DNA of 40,000 nucleotides from Lachnospiraceae bacterium oral taxon 500 (GTDB lineage Bacteria; Bacillota; Clostridia; Lachnospirales; Vallitaleaceae): NCBI GenBank assembly GCA_002999035.1, contig CP027241.1, positions 2,392,195 to 2,432,194 of the forward strand, read 5' to 3'. Shown piece by piece: positions 32,880 to 40,000 of this stretch (position 1 is its first letter; each line of letters starts with the position of its first letter). The notes under the pieces were generated by a model. It saw only the letters and a program-made list of their open reading frames with translations, ran no database searches and was not told where the DNA came from. The position numbers and the translations under genes were made by a program.

Positions 32880-33100
32880 GCCTTTCCCTCCTTAAACTTA
32901 ACAATGTGAGAGCTCCTAAATAATGAGGAGTACTCATTTCCCTTATCTATAAAATACCTGCCTTTCGGTAAATACAGATTAGGGTCTGTTTTTAATTCAT
33001 CTGTACCAGTTTTCCTCAACACACCCGTATAAACATCCCCATCGAATAAAGTAACTGTAATTACTTTACCTAAATACTCCTCCAATTTTGCCTTAACCAC
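32876..33100 (-). CDS. Hypothetical small beta-rich (Sm-like?) protein
   Basis: 74 aa with a GTG start. The segment LGKVITVTLFDGDVYTGVLRK is reminiscent of Sm/LSm-like folds. Confidence 0.4.
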   Translation of the reverse strand: MVKAKLEEYLGKVITVTLFDGDVYTGVLRKTGTDELKTDPNLYLPKGRYFIDKGNEYSSLFRSSHIVKFKEGKA

Positions 33101-33103
33101 CTT

Positions 33104-33418
33104 TTACCCTCGCTTTCTTGCCCCCAACTTGTACCGCTTTCCGCAAATACTACAAGTAGCTATAAATGAGCCTTTTCTACTCTGAAATAGTTTACCTCCA
33201 CACTCACATCTAACATCTTGCAATCTTTTCTCCATAAACTTATTTATACTCTTTGTATCCCTTTTTACAGATTTTTTAGGAGAGAGTCCAAGTAATTTAA
33301 GTGTATCTCTATACTCCCGCTCTATCCACTTTCCATCTGGTTCGTGATGGCATCCATCCCCCATCATATCTCCTAATCGGATAAGCCGATCATATAAATA
33401 CTTTTTATCATCTTCCAT
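33104..33418 (-). CDS. Hypothetical zinc-ribbon protein
   Basis: 104 aa. The C-terminus has CECGGKLF..(12)..CSICGKRY. Confidence 0.5.
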   Translation of the reverse strand: MEDDKKYLYDRLIRLGDMMGDGCHHEPDGKWIEREYRDTLKLLGLSPKKSVKRDTKSINKFMEKRLQDVRCECGGKLFQSRKGSFIATCSICGKRYKLGARKRG

Positions 33419-33462
33419 TACATCCTCCCCGTTCCTTTTGGAACCTCCAGCTTTACTCCGCT

Positions 33463-34269
33463 CTAATCGTTGATTGTATTCTCCTCTTGCAATCTCTTAA
33501 GTGTTTTAAGGTAATACTCCAGCCCGTTAATTACTGTGGATAACTCATTCGGAAAAGCTCCAGATAAAGCATCCTTAAGCTTGTTTACCACCATTTCCTT
33601 ATCACTTTTCCAATATCCTAAAATATCTTTATCTTGTAGTACCCTCTTTACCGCTTTCCACAATTCAAGCTCATTCTCGCTATGTTCCACCTCATACAAT
33701 CTCTTATGAGCCTGTTGTAAATCCATAGCCATCTTAGTACCTAACCTATCTCCTATATACTTCCTGTTTATCTTATCCTCAAGATAATCCTTACAATACT
33801 CCTTACGATCGTTATAAAATGGGAGCCTATCCTCCTCCAACCTACTAAAGATAATATACTCATAAACTCCGACAGGTTTATCAATCAGCCTATACTGTGC
33901 CTTTTTAACTGTCCTAAGAGCCTCTGTATCTGCATTATAGTATATGAGCCCTACATTATCTGGGAGTTCATCTTTAGTTACTAACCCTGTGGGCACTACA
34001 AAATAAAATTCATTACAATACTGTAAATATAAATGCCACTTATTATCCTGTTTAAAATCATTCCTACTAATCTTGATCTCATAGCCTATAATATTAGGCT
34101 TAGTGTAACTCTTTGTTATCGCCAACCCGTCAAACTTAAGTAACCCCTGTGGATCTGGAAAATATGTAGAACAAGTCTTACACTCTGTAAGGAAATAGGT
34201 AGACTTAGTGCTATGTAGCTTACTTAATGCTATTTTTATATCCGTTGAGGTTACTCTCTTATCCGCCAT
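33463..34269 (-). CDS. MmcB-like PD-(D/E)xK family protein
   Basis: 268 aa. The segment IIGYEIKISRNDFKQDNKWHLYLQYCNEFYFVVPTGLVTKDELPDNVGLIYY matches the MmcB/DUF-type nuclease pattern. Confidence 0.65.
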   Translation of the reverse strand: MADKRVTSTDIKIALSKLHSTKSTYFLTECKTCSTYFPDPQGLLKFDGLAITKSYTKPNIIGYEIKISRNDFKQDNKWHLYLQYCNEFYFVVPTGLVTKDELPDNVGLIYYNADTEALRTVKKAQYRLIDKPVGVYEYIIFSRLEEDRLPFYNDRKEYCKDYLEDKINRKYIGDRLGTKMAMDLQQAHKRLYEVEHSENELELWKAVKRVLQDKDILGYWKSDKEMVVNKLKDALSGAFPNELSTVINGLEYYLKTLKRLQEENTIND

Positions 34270-34291
34270 CGTACCGCCTCCTCTCTGTTTT

Positions 34292-34329
34292 GATACTTAA
34301 CTTAATCATAAAAGAGCGGAATTTTTAGA
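34292..34329 (-). promoter_or_regulatory. Early-type conserved 38-bp element, copy 2
   Basis: The minus strand reads TCTAAAAATTCCGCTCTTTTATGATTAAGTTAAGTATC. It lies upstream of the MmcB-like gene. Confidence 0.5.
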
Positions 34330-34330
34330 C

Positions 34331-34358
34331 AAAAAAAAGAGGATCCTTTTGAGATCCC
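34331..34358 (-). terminator. Candidate terminator after the 109-aa monocistronic gene
   Basis: The minus strand reads GGGATC-TCAAAA-GGATCC(T)C followed by TTTTTTTT. The stem is short (5-6 bp) but the U-tract is strong. Confidence 0.45.
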
Positions 34359-34374
34359 ATTACTTTTATCACAC

Positions 34375-34704
34375 CTATTTTATTTCAGGACTATTTAACT
34401 CCTCATCCACTAACTGTTCCACAATCTTATAACCTACTGCCTCAGCGTCTTTCTTTGTAGGCTCAAAAGAATACTCACTCTTTATCTCATTCAAATTTTC
34501 GTTAAATATTTGCACTAAATAGCACTTAGTTACTTTAACTTTATATTTATTTATTGCGTCCCATCTCTCCTCTAAAATTTTATTTTTCTCTTTAGCCTCT
34601 CTTTTAATTTTTTCTACCATCTCTTGAGTGGACTTTTCCAATTCTTCTGTTTCTTTCTTCCATTCATCCCAAAAGGCTCCTAAACTTTCCTCAGATTTTT
34701 TCAT
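34375..34704 (-). CDS. Hypothetical coiled-coil protein (monocistronic unit)
   Basis: The preferred start is ATG 34704 (MKKSEESLGAFWDEW). The gene has its own promoter and terminator. Confidence 0.55.
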   Translation of the reverse strand: MKKSEESLGAFWDEWKKETEELEKSTQEMVEKIKREAKEKNKILEERWDAINKYKVKVTKCYLVQIFNENLNEIKSEYSFEPTKKDAEAVGYKIVEQLVDEELNSPEIK

Positions 34705-34728
34705 ATTACACCTCACTTAAATTACAAT

Positions 34729-34756
34729 ATTATATACCTCCTATATTGTAACTCAA
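34729..34756 (-). promoter_or_regulatory. SigA-type promoter embedded in a 9-bp perfect inverted repeat
   Basis: The minus strand reads TTGAGT-16 nt-TATAAT. TTACAATAT (34722..34730) and ATATTGTAA (34743..34751) bracket the -10. The dyad-box variant is at 34730..34748. Confidence 0.55.
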
Positions 34757-34769
34757 TTATGAGGAAAAT

Positions 34770-35204
34770 TCAATCCTCTGTTAGAAACTTTACCCACGCC
34801 CTCGCATCATCCTCTCCGTAAAGGCTGTAATAACATCTCGTGTAAGGTACATCGGCTATCTCCAGATTTCCCTCTGTAGTAAGCCCTCTCCTCTCGTACC
34901 GCCTCTCTATGTTCTGAAGATGGTGCCTAAACTGGTGTAGAAAAGCCTTAAGCTCTGGCTCTGTTAAGTATATCTCCTGTGTAACTGGTACATAGTTATC
35001 ATCTCTTACCCAGCAAGTGATTACAGGGAGAGGTACCATATAAGCATCTGCTAAGTCTGTATTGAGCTTTCTTATTGCCTCCAGAGCTTGTATCTTGTCT
35101 ATCGGCTGTATAAAGGAGTTTACGATAGGGAATGCTTTACACCCCCTAAGTATCTTCCTGTAAAGCTCTACCCTGTTAGGAATAGAGATTACCTCGTTTC
35201 CCAT
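34770..35204 (-). CDS. Hypothetical protein
   Basis: 144 aa. Its ATG overlaps the upstream stop as TAATG. No motif recognised. Confidence 0.55.
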   Translation of the reverse strand: MGNEVISIPNRVELYRKILRGCKAFPIVNSFIQPIDKIQALEAIRKLNTDLADAYMVPLPVITCWVRDDNYVPVTQEIYLTEPELKAFLHQFRHHLQNIERRYERRGLTTEGNLEIADVPYTRCYYSLYGEDDARAWVKFLTED

Positions 35205-35500
35205 TAAACCGTCCTCCAGTTCCCCATCATATCGTGCCTAATATCGTATGCCCCTACAATGTCCTTAATTAAGCAACTCTCCTCATAAGTAGCGTAAACA
35301 ATACCCTGTATTACATATCTATCAAACGCCTCTAACGCCCGCTCTACTCTGGTTACCTCTTTCTGAGCATCCTCACTATAATCCTCATCATAAAGCCTGT
35401 TCATCGCCCTGTCGTGAGCATTATAGATTTTATGCTGATTTTTCTCCCAGCCACAAACTGGGTAGAGCTTTCTTCCTTGCTTATCCTTGTAAAGTTTCAT
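35204..35500 (-). CDS. Hypothetical protein
   Basis: 98 aa, RBS AAAGGAGG. No motif recognised. Confidence 0.55.
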   Translation of the reverse strand: MKLYKDKQGRKLYPVCGWEKNQHKIYNAHDRAMNRLYDEDYSEDAQKEVTRVERALEAFDRYVIQGIVYATYEESCLIKDIVGAYDIRHDMMGNWRTV

Positions 35501-35540
35501 ATCCTATACCTCCTTTATATATCCTGTATGAGTAGGAGCT

Positions 35541-35783
35541 TTATGCTCCCAACTCCTTTACATACTCGATGCCGTCAAAGTTGGTAAACCCTCCCCCATT
35601 GAGGATAGCCTGTAACGCCAGCTTTCCTCCCTGCGGAATATATGGAACGATGATACCGTATCTGTCAACAGAGTTACTAAATGCTAAGTAACCTTTTCCC
35701 TCTACATAGAACGCCCAGCCCGTAACTATTATAGCAATCCTCTTAGTTCCAAACTTAGCATTTTTCAATCTTCTAATTTCCAT
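35541..35783 (-). CDS. Hypothetical protein
   Basis: 80 aa, RBS AAGGAGG. It is the first gene after a consensus promoter. Confidence 0.55.
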   Translation of the reverse strand: MEIRRLKNAKFGTKRIAIIVTGWAFYVEGKGYLAFSNSVDRYGIIVPYIPQGGKLALQAILNGGGFTNFDGIEYVKELGA

Positions 35784-35821
35784 TATCCTTTACCTCCTTG
35801 ATTTCCTGTTTCACTGCACTT

Positions 35822-35850
35822 ATTATATACCCCCTATATAATAATGTCAA
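35822..35850 (-). promoter_or_regulatory. Consensus SigA-type promoter with a perfect dyad box
   Basis: The minus strand reads TTGACA-17 nt-TATAAT (-35 at 35850..35845, -10 at 35827..35822). The box TTATATA-GGGGG-TATATAA is at 35823..35841. Confidence 0.65.
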
Positions 35851-35857
35851 GTACTTT

Positions 35858-35876
35858 TTATATATCCCCTGTATAA
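35858..35876 (-). promoter_or_regulatory. Second dyad box upstream of the 35.8-kb promoter (operator-like)
   Basis: The plus strand reads TTATATATCCCCTGTATAA. This is 18/19 identical to the box in the ARH promoter (21015..21033). Confidence 0.45.
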
Positions 35877-35884
35877 ATTTTTAA

Positions 35885-35907
35885 GGGAGGGCTATTTACA
35901 CCCTCCC
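35885..35907 (-). terminator. Weak candidate terminator after the RecA-like gene
   Basis: The minus strand reads GGGAGGG-TGTAAATAG-CCCTCCC followed by TTAAAAATTT, which is a poor U-tract. Confidence 0.3.
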
Positions 35908-35912
35908 CCATA

Positions 35913-36920
35913 TTACACAGTAGCCTCATATACCCGTTTTCTAAGGTGTTCCAGCTCTTTCTTTTCTGAGGCAAAAAACTCCTGCACTCCCGCTCTGCCC
36001 TGCAACTTTTTCTCTTTTCCATCCTTAAGGGTAAGGGTAAACCACGCCCCGCTCTGCTGGATAATGGATAACACGATGCCCATATCAATAGTATCCTTTA
36101 TCTCATCTACCCCCATAAAATAATTAAGAGTGTATGTTCCAAGCCTACGATCGTTTTTAGTAACCTTATTTTTTTCCATCTTCACGCTGATTAAGTTCCC
36201 GCTCGGCGTTCCATAGTTACTACTTGTTTCGTTGCCCTTTTCGTCCAGTAGTGAACCTTTTGTAAACCAAAGAATCTGGCTACAAGCGTGAGCTAAGGCT
36301 GTTCCGCAAGGTATCTTATAAGGCTTGTAAGGATTTCCGATATTCTCTCTGAGCTGATTAAGGGCTAAAAAGGTACAGGAGTTCTTATGTAGTAACGGTA
36401 CTACTTTATCGCAAAAGCTCTTAATAAGAGCACTGTTTCCTCCGTAACTTTTCTCATCAAGTCCTTTCTCCTGTACCGCCTTTGGAACGATAAACGGTAC
36501 GCTGTCTAAGACTACAAGCCCTGCCTTTCCGCTCTTGATATAATCTAAGAGCATATCAAGTAACTGCTCTCCGTACTCCGCCTCTGGCTGTATTAGGATA
36601 ACTCTGCCCCAGTCTACGCCGATTATCTCGCCCCACTCTTTCTCCAGAGTATTCTCTGCATCCAGATATACCGTGTACCTCGTCTTATCCTTTTTCTGAT
36701 AGTTAGAGATAATATCTAAAGCTGTGGTAGTCTTTCCGCTCTGAGGGAGCCCTACAAGCTGTACCATACGCCCTACTGGTATGCCTCCCCTTGTTAAGTA
36801 GTTCATCTGAGGAGAGGTGTAAGGGATAAACTCGCTTATCTTAAGATCGCTGGCTTTTCGGATTATATCCGTCTTGTACTTCTTATTTACCTCTGCTATG
36901 AGGTTATCTATCTCCGCCAT
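35913..36920 (-). CDS. RecA-family recombinase (phage RecA-like)
   Basis: 335 aa, colinear with RecA. Motifs: GGIPVGRMVQLVGLPQSGKTTTALDII (Walker A), VYLDAENTL, GLVVLDSVPFIVPKA (Walker B), FLALNQLRENIG, VKMEKNKV, QQSGAWF. Confidence 0.8.
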   Translation of the reverse strand: MAEIDNLIAEVNKKYKTDIIRKASDLKISEFIPYTSPQMNYLTRGGIPVGRMVQLVGLPQSGKTTTALDIISNYQKKDKTRYTVYLDAENTLEKEWGEIIGVDWGRVILIQPEAEYGEQLLDMLLDYIKSGKAGLVVLDSVPFIVPKAVQEKGLDEKSYGGNSALIKSFCDKVVPLLHKNSCTFLALNQLRENIGNPYKPYKIPCGTALAHACSQILWFTKGSLLDEKGNETSSNYGTPSGNLISVKMEKNKVTKNDRRLGTYTLNYFMGVDEIKDTIDMGIVLSIIQQSGAWFTLTLKDGKEKKLQGRAGVQEFFASEKKELEHLRKRVYEATV

Positions 36921-37101
36921 CCTCTACCGCCTCTCTGAGTACTTTTACATCAAGCACCTTGAGCATATCCTCATTTGATACGCCATTTTTAAGCCCATTG
37001 ACAAGGAGCTCTGTTTTAGCCTTTCCCAGCATAAAATCTAATAACTCTCTTTTTGTAACCTCTACACGATCCTCTGGATTAAAAGCATCCATAATACCCA
37101 T
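36904..37101 (-). CDS. Hypothetical protein
   Basis: 65 aa. Its ATG overlaps the MazG stop as TAATG. Confidence 0.5.
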   Translation of the reverse strand: MGIMDAFNPEDRVEVTKRELLDFMLGKAKTELLVNGLKNGVSNEDMLKVLDVKVLREAVEDGGDR

Positions 37102-37472
37102 TACACATCTCCCTCCTCTCTGTTATTAGCTCTGGCTACATCAAACCCCTGCGGGTATCTGGCTCTCAATTTTTCAATGTTCATCTGGAGGATCTCGTCA
37201 AGGTCAAACCCCATAGAGTGGCAAATCATAGCCATATACCACATCACATCCCCCAGCTCTTTCTTAAGATGTTCTACATCAAGCTCTTTTTCGTGGAATA
37301 CCCACTTTTTAATCATATCCAGAGTTTCTCCCGCCTCTCCAGATAAACCTAAGCATCCGTTAAGCACTCCTCCTACATCATACTTCTCAGAGTTGAGTTT
37401 ATTGATAATACGCTTGTTAGCTCTGCCATCGTTCGTAACCATAGCCATCTTTACATAATCTTTTCCTATCAT
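37101..37472 (-). CDS. MazG-like nucleoside triphosphate pyrophosphohydrolase
   Basis: Motifs: GLSGEAGETLDMIKKWVFHEKELDVEHLKKELGDVMWYMAMI. The preferred start is ATG 37472, 9 nt after AAGGGGGAG and just past the upstream stop. The track start at 37502 overlaps the upstream gene. Confidence 0.8.
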   Translation of the reverse strand: MIGKDYVKMAMVTNDGRANKRIINKLNSEKYDVGGVLNGCLGLSGEAGETLDMIKKWVFHEKELDVEHLKKELGDVMWYMAMICHSMGFDLDEILQMNIEKLRARYPQGFDVARANNREEGDV

Positions 37473-37473
37473 T

Positions 37474-37809
37474 TTAATACTCTCCCCCTTTCCGGCTTTC
37501 ATCCTTTCCAGCGGTTTCTACGAACTGTGTTTCCTTGGTCTCCAGAGCCTTTTTAAGCTCATAATTTTCTGCCTTAAGTGCCTCTACCTGCGTTTTAAGA
37601 GCCTTGATTTCGCCTTCACGCTCGTACTTATCCTTATTAGCATCGTTAATATCTTTTTCCTTAGTAGCAACTCCACTAACAAGGCTCCTGTACTCACCCA
37701 GAGTGATCTCTACCATAATCTCTCCCTGTGCCTTAAAGTCCTCTTTCTTAAACCCGTACCCGTCCATTTTCTTATCAAGGATTACATCTTTTACTGTTAC
37801 ATTTTCCAT
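37474..37809 (-). CDS. Hypothetical coiled-coil protein
   Basis: 111 aa. The C-terminal half is a heptad-rich coiled coil. Confidence 0.5.
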   Translation of the reverse strand: MENVTVKDVILDKKMDGYGFKKEDFKAQGEIMVEITLGEYRSLVSGVATKEKDINDANKDKYEREGEIKALKTQVEALKAENYELKKALETKETQFVETAGKDESRKGGEY

Positions 37810-37810
37810 C

Positions 37811-38053
37811 TTAATTTTCCTCCATTTCTTTTACTATTTCCGCTGTAGTAGTCCACAGCTCTACTTCTTTATCAGTTATCCCTAAAGTGTAATCTACCGT
37901 TATAGGATTTCTAACCACTGCTATATCTACACCCCGCTCGTTAGGAATAAACAATACTACCCCATCATTACAGATAAAAACTGTTTCCCCCGTTATCTCT
38001 ACCCCTTGAGCCTTGAGATGGTCTAAAAAGGCGGTTATTTTCTCCTCGATCAC
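37811..38053 (-). CDS. Hypothetical protein
   Basis: 80 aa. The GTG start overlaps the upstream stop as GTGA. Confidence 0.45.
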   Translation of the reverse strand: MIEEKITAFLDHLKAQGVEITGETVFICNDGVVLFIPNERGVDIAVVRNPITVDYTLGITDKEVELWTTTAEIVKEMEEN

Positions 38054-38235
38054 TTTTCGCTCCTAATCCTTTCGCAAACAATTCTCCCAGTAGTATCACT
38101 TAATCTGCAATTCCACCCCTCCTGCCTCATCTCCTCGATAAATGTTGAAATATCGCCTATAAACCCCACATTAAAACTTCCTAATGTCTGAGCCATATCT
38201 AAAATCTCCTCATCGACTTCCTTATAATTTTTCAT
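38050..38235 (-). CDS. Hypothetical protein
   Basis: 61 aa, RBS GAAGGAG. Confidence 0.45.
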   Translation of the reverse strand: MKNYKEVDEEILDMAQTLGSFNVGFIGDISTFIEEMRQEGWNCRLSDTTGRIVCERIRSEK

Positions 38236-38610
38236 CTATACATCTCCTTCAATTTTCCATCTCTCGTGAACATTCCCGATTACCTTTAACCCTGTAACCC
38301 AAGCAAGTAAACTACTATACTTCCCGTCAATTACTACTTGAAAACAGTCTTTTTTACGCTCTACCTCTGCCCTAAAGATTTCATCTTTTAGAGTAAGTTC
38401 TAAAATATCTCCTTCATATATCTCCGTCCCGTCTACGTCCTTAATGCCCGTGTATTGCATCAAGACAAACCTTTCCCCTGTATCATCTCTTTTCCATACG
38501 CCTGTATGTTTAACAAAAAACAACAACATATCATCACAAATTTGATAATTCGTCCATCTTTTACACTCCTGATCCCAAGCTCTAAACTTGATTTTTTGAT
38601 ATTCTTTCAT
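38236..38610 (-). CDS. YopX-family protein
   Basis: The N-terminal KIKFRAWDQECKRW and the C-terminal VIGNVHE are YopX hallmarks. The start is ATG 38610 or GTG 38613. Confidence 0.7.
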   Translation of the reverse strand: MKEYQKIKFRAWDQECKRWTNYQICDDMLLFFVKHTGVWKRDDTGERFVLMQYTGIKDVDGTEIYEGDILELTLKDEIFRAEVERKKDCFQVVIDGKYSSLLAWVTGLKVIGNVHERWKIEGDV

Positions 38611-38619
38611 CACGCCCTC

Positions 38620-38856
38620 TTATAAAAGCTCGTCCAAACTTTTAATATCTGCCTCTTCACAATTCCCCTTATACAGTTTAAAGTTAGTGTTATAATTTAA
38701 ACATCCCATAAATAACGCATTCTTTTTCTTTCGATAAGTAGCAAGCAACTCCTCAAATCTATCAAAATACAAAATCTCTCTATTAACTTCCTTTTCTTCA
38801 AAATTTACAGTATATAAGTGAAAATCCCACTCTAAAACCCATACAACCTTAGTCAT
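38620..38856 (-). CDS. Hypothetical protein
   Basis: The preferred start is ATG 38856 (MTKVVWVLEW) with RBS AGGAGAG, downstream of the upstream stop. The track start at 38922 overlaps the neighbouring gene. Confidence 0.45.
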   Translation of the reverse strand: MTKVVWVLEWDFHLYTVNFEEKEVNREILYFDRFEELLATYRKKKNALFMGCLNYNTNFKLYKGNCEEADIKSLDELL

Positions 38857-38866
38857 ATACACTCTC

Positions 38867-39262
38867 CTATAAGAAATGTTTACAGTAAAACTCGTTTTCG
38901 TCCTTGATCTCCATCCCTTCAAGCTCTGTACCTATATGATTATAAAGGAGAGTACTTACTGTATCATCTACCTTCTCTACCATATCTGTAATACCATCCT
39001 CAAAATCTGTATTTATCGCCTTTAGTATCTCCTGCTGGCGTTTCTTTGAAATATTAAACTCGTTGAGAACGCCTTTAAGTCTGTAAAACTCTGGAGGGCT
39101 GATACTTTCCTGTATTGCCTCGCTCAGTTTTCCGTCCTCTACAATGCCTGTAATTATTCCCTCAACAGGATTTTCAAAGATGTCTGAGGCTTTCTGGCAC
39201 TCTCCATTACGATAATAGGAGCACCACCTACAACAATGATATAGATCGTTTATCTCGCTCAT
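38867..39262 (-). CDS. Hypothetical Cys-rich protein
   Basis: 131 aa. The N-terminus has HCCRWCSYYRNGEC. RBS GAGGAGG. Confidence 0.5.
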   Translation of the reverse strand: MSEINDLYHCCRWCSYYRNGECQKASDIFENPVEGIITGIVEDGKLSEAIQESISPPEFYRLKGVLNEFNISKKRQQEILKAINTDFEDGITDMVEKVDDTVSTLLYNHIGTELEGMEIKDENEFYCKHFL

Positions 39263-39264
39263 CG

Positions 39265-39807
39265 CTAATCGTCCTCCTCTCTCGGCAAATAGCTATCCTT
39301 ACTAAAACGATTAAGATCTACCTCTGCAATTCTTTTACTAAGAGCCTTTTTAAGGCCACTATAAACTTTTTCCGCCATCTCCAGCTTTACCTTTAAAGTA
39401 TTATAAGCTCTGCGATATATCGCCTCTACTAATACCTTATCCTCTGTAAGCTGTTCCACTTTTGCTTTTTTTTCCTGTACGGTACCGCTTACCTTTAACA
39501 TTGCGTCATTTTGAGCAATCTTTTTGCTGTTAGAAGCTATATCTGCCTGCATACCAAGCTCCTCTACTTTCTGTCCCGCATAGTACATAATCGCCGGTAT
39601 CTTTACACAGTAGTACTCTATCTGATTATCTGGGATATCCTCTATGGAGTTCTCTCCAATACTATCCATAATCATATCCAGCTCTGATATTGCGCTATCT
39701 AAATCTCTACTATACTTGACTATTAGTTCATTAGAAAAACATACTACTGTAGTGCTTTCCTCTTGTACCTCTTTTATGAGTTTACTTAAGATTTCCTGTG
39801 CCGCCAT
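39265..39807 (-). CDS. Hypothetical coiled-coil protein
   Basis: 180 aa, mostly helical and charged. No confident family assignment. Confidence 0.5.
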   Translation of the reverse strand: MAAQEILSKLIKEVQEESTTVVCFSNELIVKYSRDLDSAISELDMIMDSIGENSIEDIPDNQIEYYCVKIPAIMYYAGQKVEELGMQADIASNSKKIAQNDAMLKVSGTVQEKKAKVEQLTEDKVLVEAIYRRAYNTLKVKLEMAEKVYSGLKKALSKRIAEVDLNRFSKDSYLPREEDD

Positions 39808-40000
39808 TCCCTATCCTCTCCGGCCTCAGCCTAAATTTGGTAGTTATGCACTGTCCCTCTCTTGCCCTTTCTTCCTCAGTCTTTCCGGCCACGCTCCACC
39901 AAACTGCATCTCTTGAAAAATCGAACATAGAATAGCACTCAATAAAGCTTAACCCTGTAGCAAGCTGCAACCTGTCGCTATCTACCCAGTTCCCTGCAAA
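39782..40000 (-). CDS. 3' end of an early gene whose start lies beyond the right window edge; unknown function
   Basis: The frame of track ORF 39782..39970 stays open up to nt 40000 (..FAGNWVDSDRLQLATGLSFIECYSMFDFSRDAVWW..). The TTG start in the track is therefore probably internal. Confidence 0.45.
   Translation of the reverse strand, partial: FAGNWVDSDRLQLATGLSFIECYSMFDFSRDAVWWSVAGKTEEERAREGQCITTKFRLRPERIGNGGTGNLK

Noticed and set aside
35858-36088. Minus-strand 76-aa ORF overlapping the 3' end of the RecA-like gene and the promoter region
   Set aside because: It is an alternative frame of a strongly supported gene and it extends through a terminator and promoter. It is Arg/Cys/Pro-rich, with no RBS.
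1-40000. CRISPR arrays, tRNA/rRNA genes, IS elements, reverse transcriptase/DGR
   Set aside because: No regularly spaced direct repeats were seen. No cloverleaf-like GC-rich segments of 70-90 nt occur in the intergenic regions. Apart from the serine recombinase, no transposase-like or RT-like ORF is present. This was a visual scan only, so tRNAscan or Infernal would be needed for certainty.

Overview
The window is almost entirely one temperate phage or prophage with a contractile tail of the PBSX (xkd) type. The host is probably a low-GC Gram-positive with an S-layer. Every credible gene is on the minus strand, and all plus-strand ORFs in the track look like antisense shadows. Reading right to left, which is the direction of transcription: (1) 40000-31276 holds early genes. 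These include a RecA-like recombinase, MazG, YopX, an MmcB-like nuclease, an Hjc-like resolvase, a winged-helix protein, a membrane-anchored lytic transglycosylase and many small unknown ORFs. (2) 31033-28864 holds an ArpU/sigma-region-4-like late regulator, a ParB-like nuclease-domain protein and a putative small terminase. (3) 28774-26592 is an accessory cassette lying between terS and terL. It carries DUF3310, ThyX, a glycine-zipper peptide, an HExxH protein and a 2-TM protein. (4) 26538-19116 holds the large terminase, the portal, a MuF/gp7 head protein fused to an ADP-ribosyltransferase domain, a Cys-rich mini-protein, a separately transcribed ADP-ribosylglycohydrolase, the scaffold and then the capsid. 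(5) 18164-4747 holds the connector, sheath, tube, frameshifted chaperone, tape measure, baseplate and fibre genes. (6) 4698-1525 is the lysis cassette. It encodes a papain-like peptidase with three SLH repeats, a holin, an Amidase_2 endolysin and a small SH3-like protein. (7) 1277-1 is a large serine recombinase that runs off the left edge and is absent from the ORF track. The most interesting signals are as follows. First, the MuF-ART / Cys-rich protein / ARH trio. Second, a 19-bp dyad box shared by the promoters of int, the ARH gene and two early units. Third, a duplicated 44-bp late-type element and a triplicated 38-bp early-type element. Fourth, a canonical -1 slippery site in the tail chaperone gene. 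Fifth, the C1-peptidase-SLH lysis protein. All functional calls come from reading motifs by eye. No database search was run.
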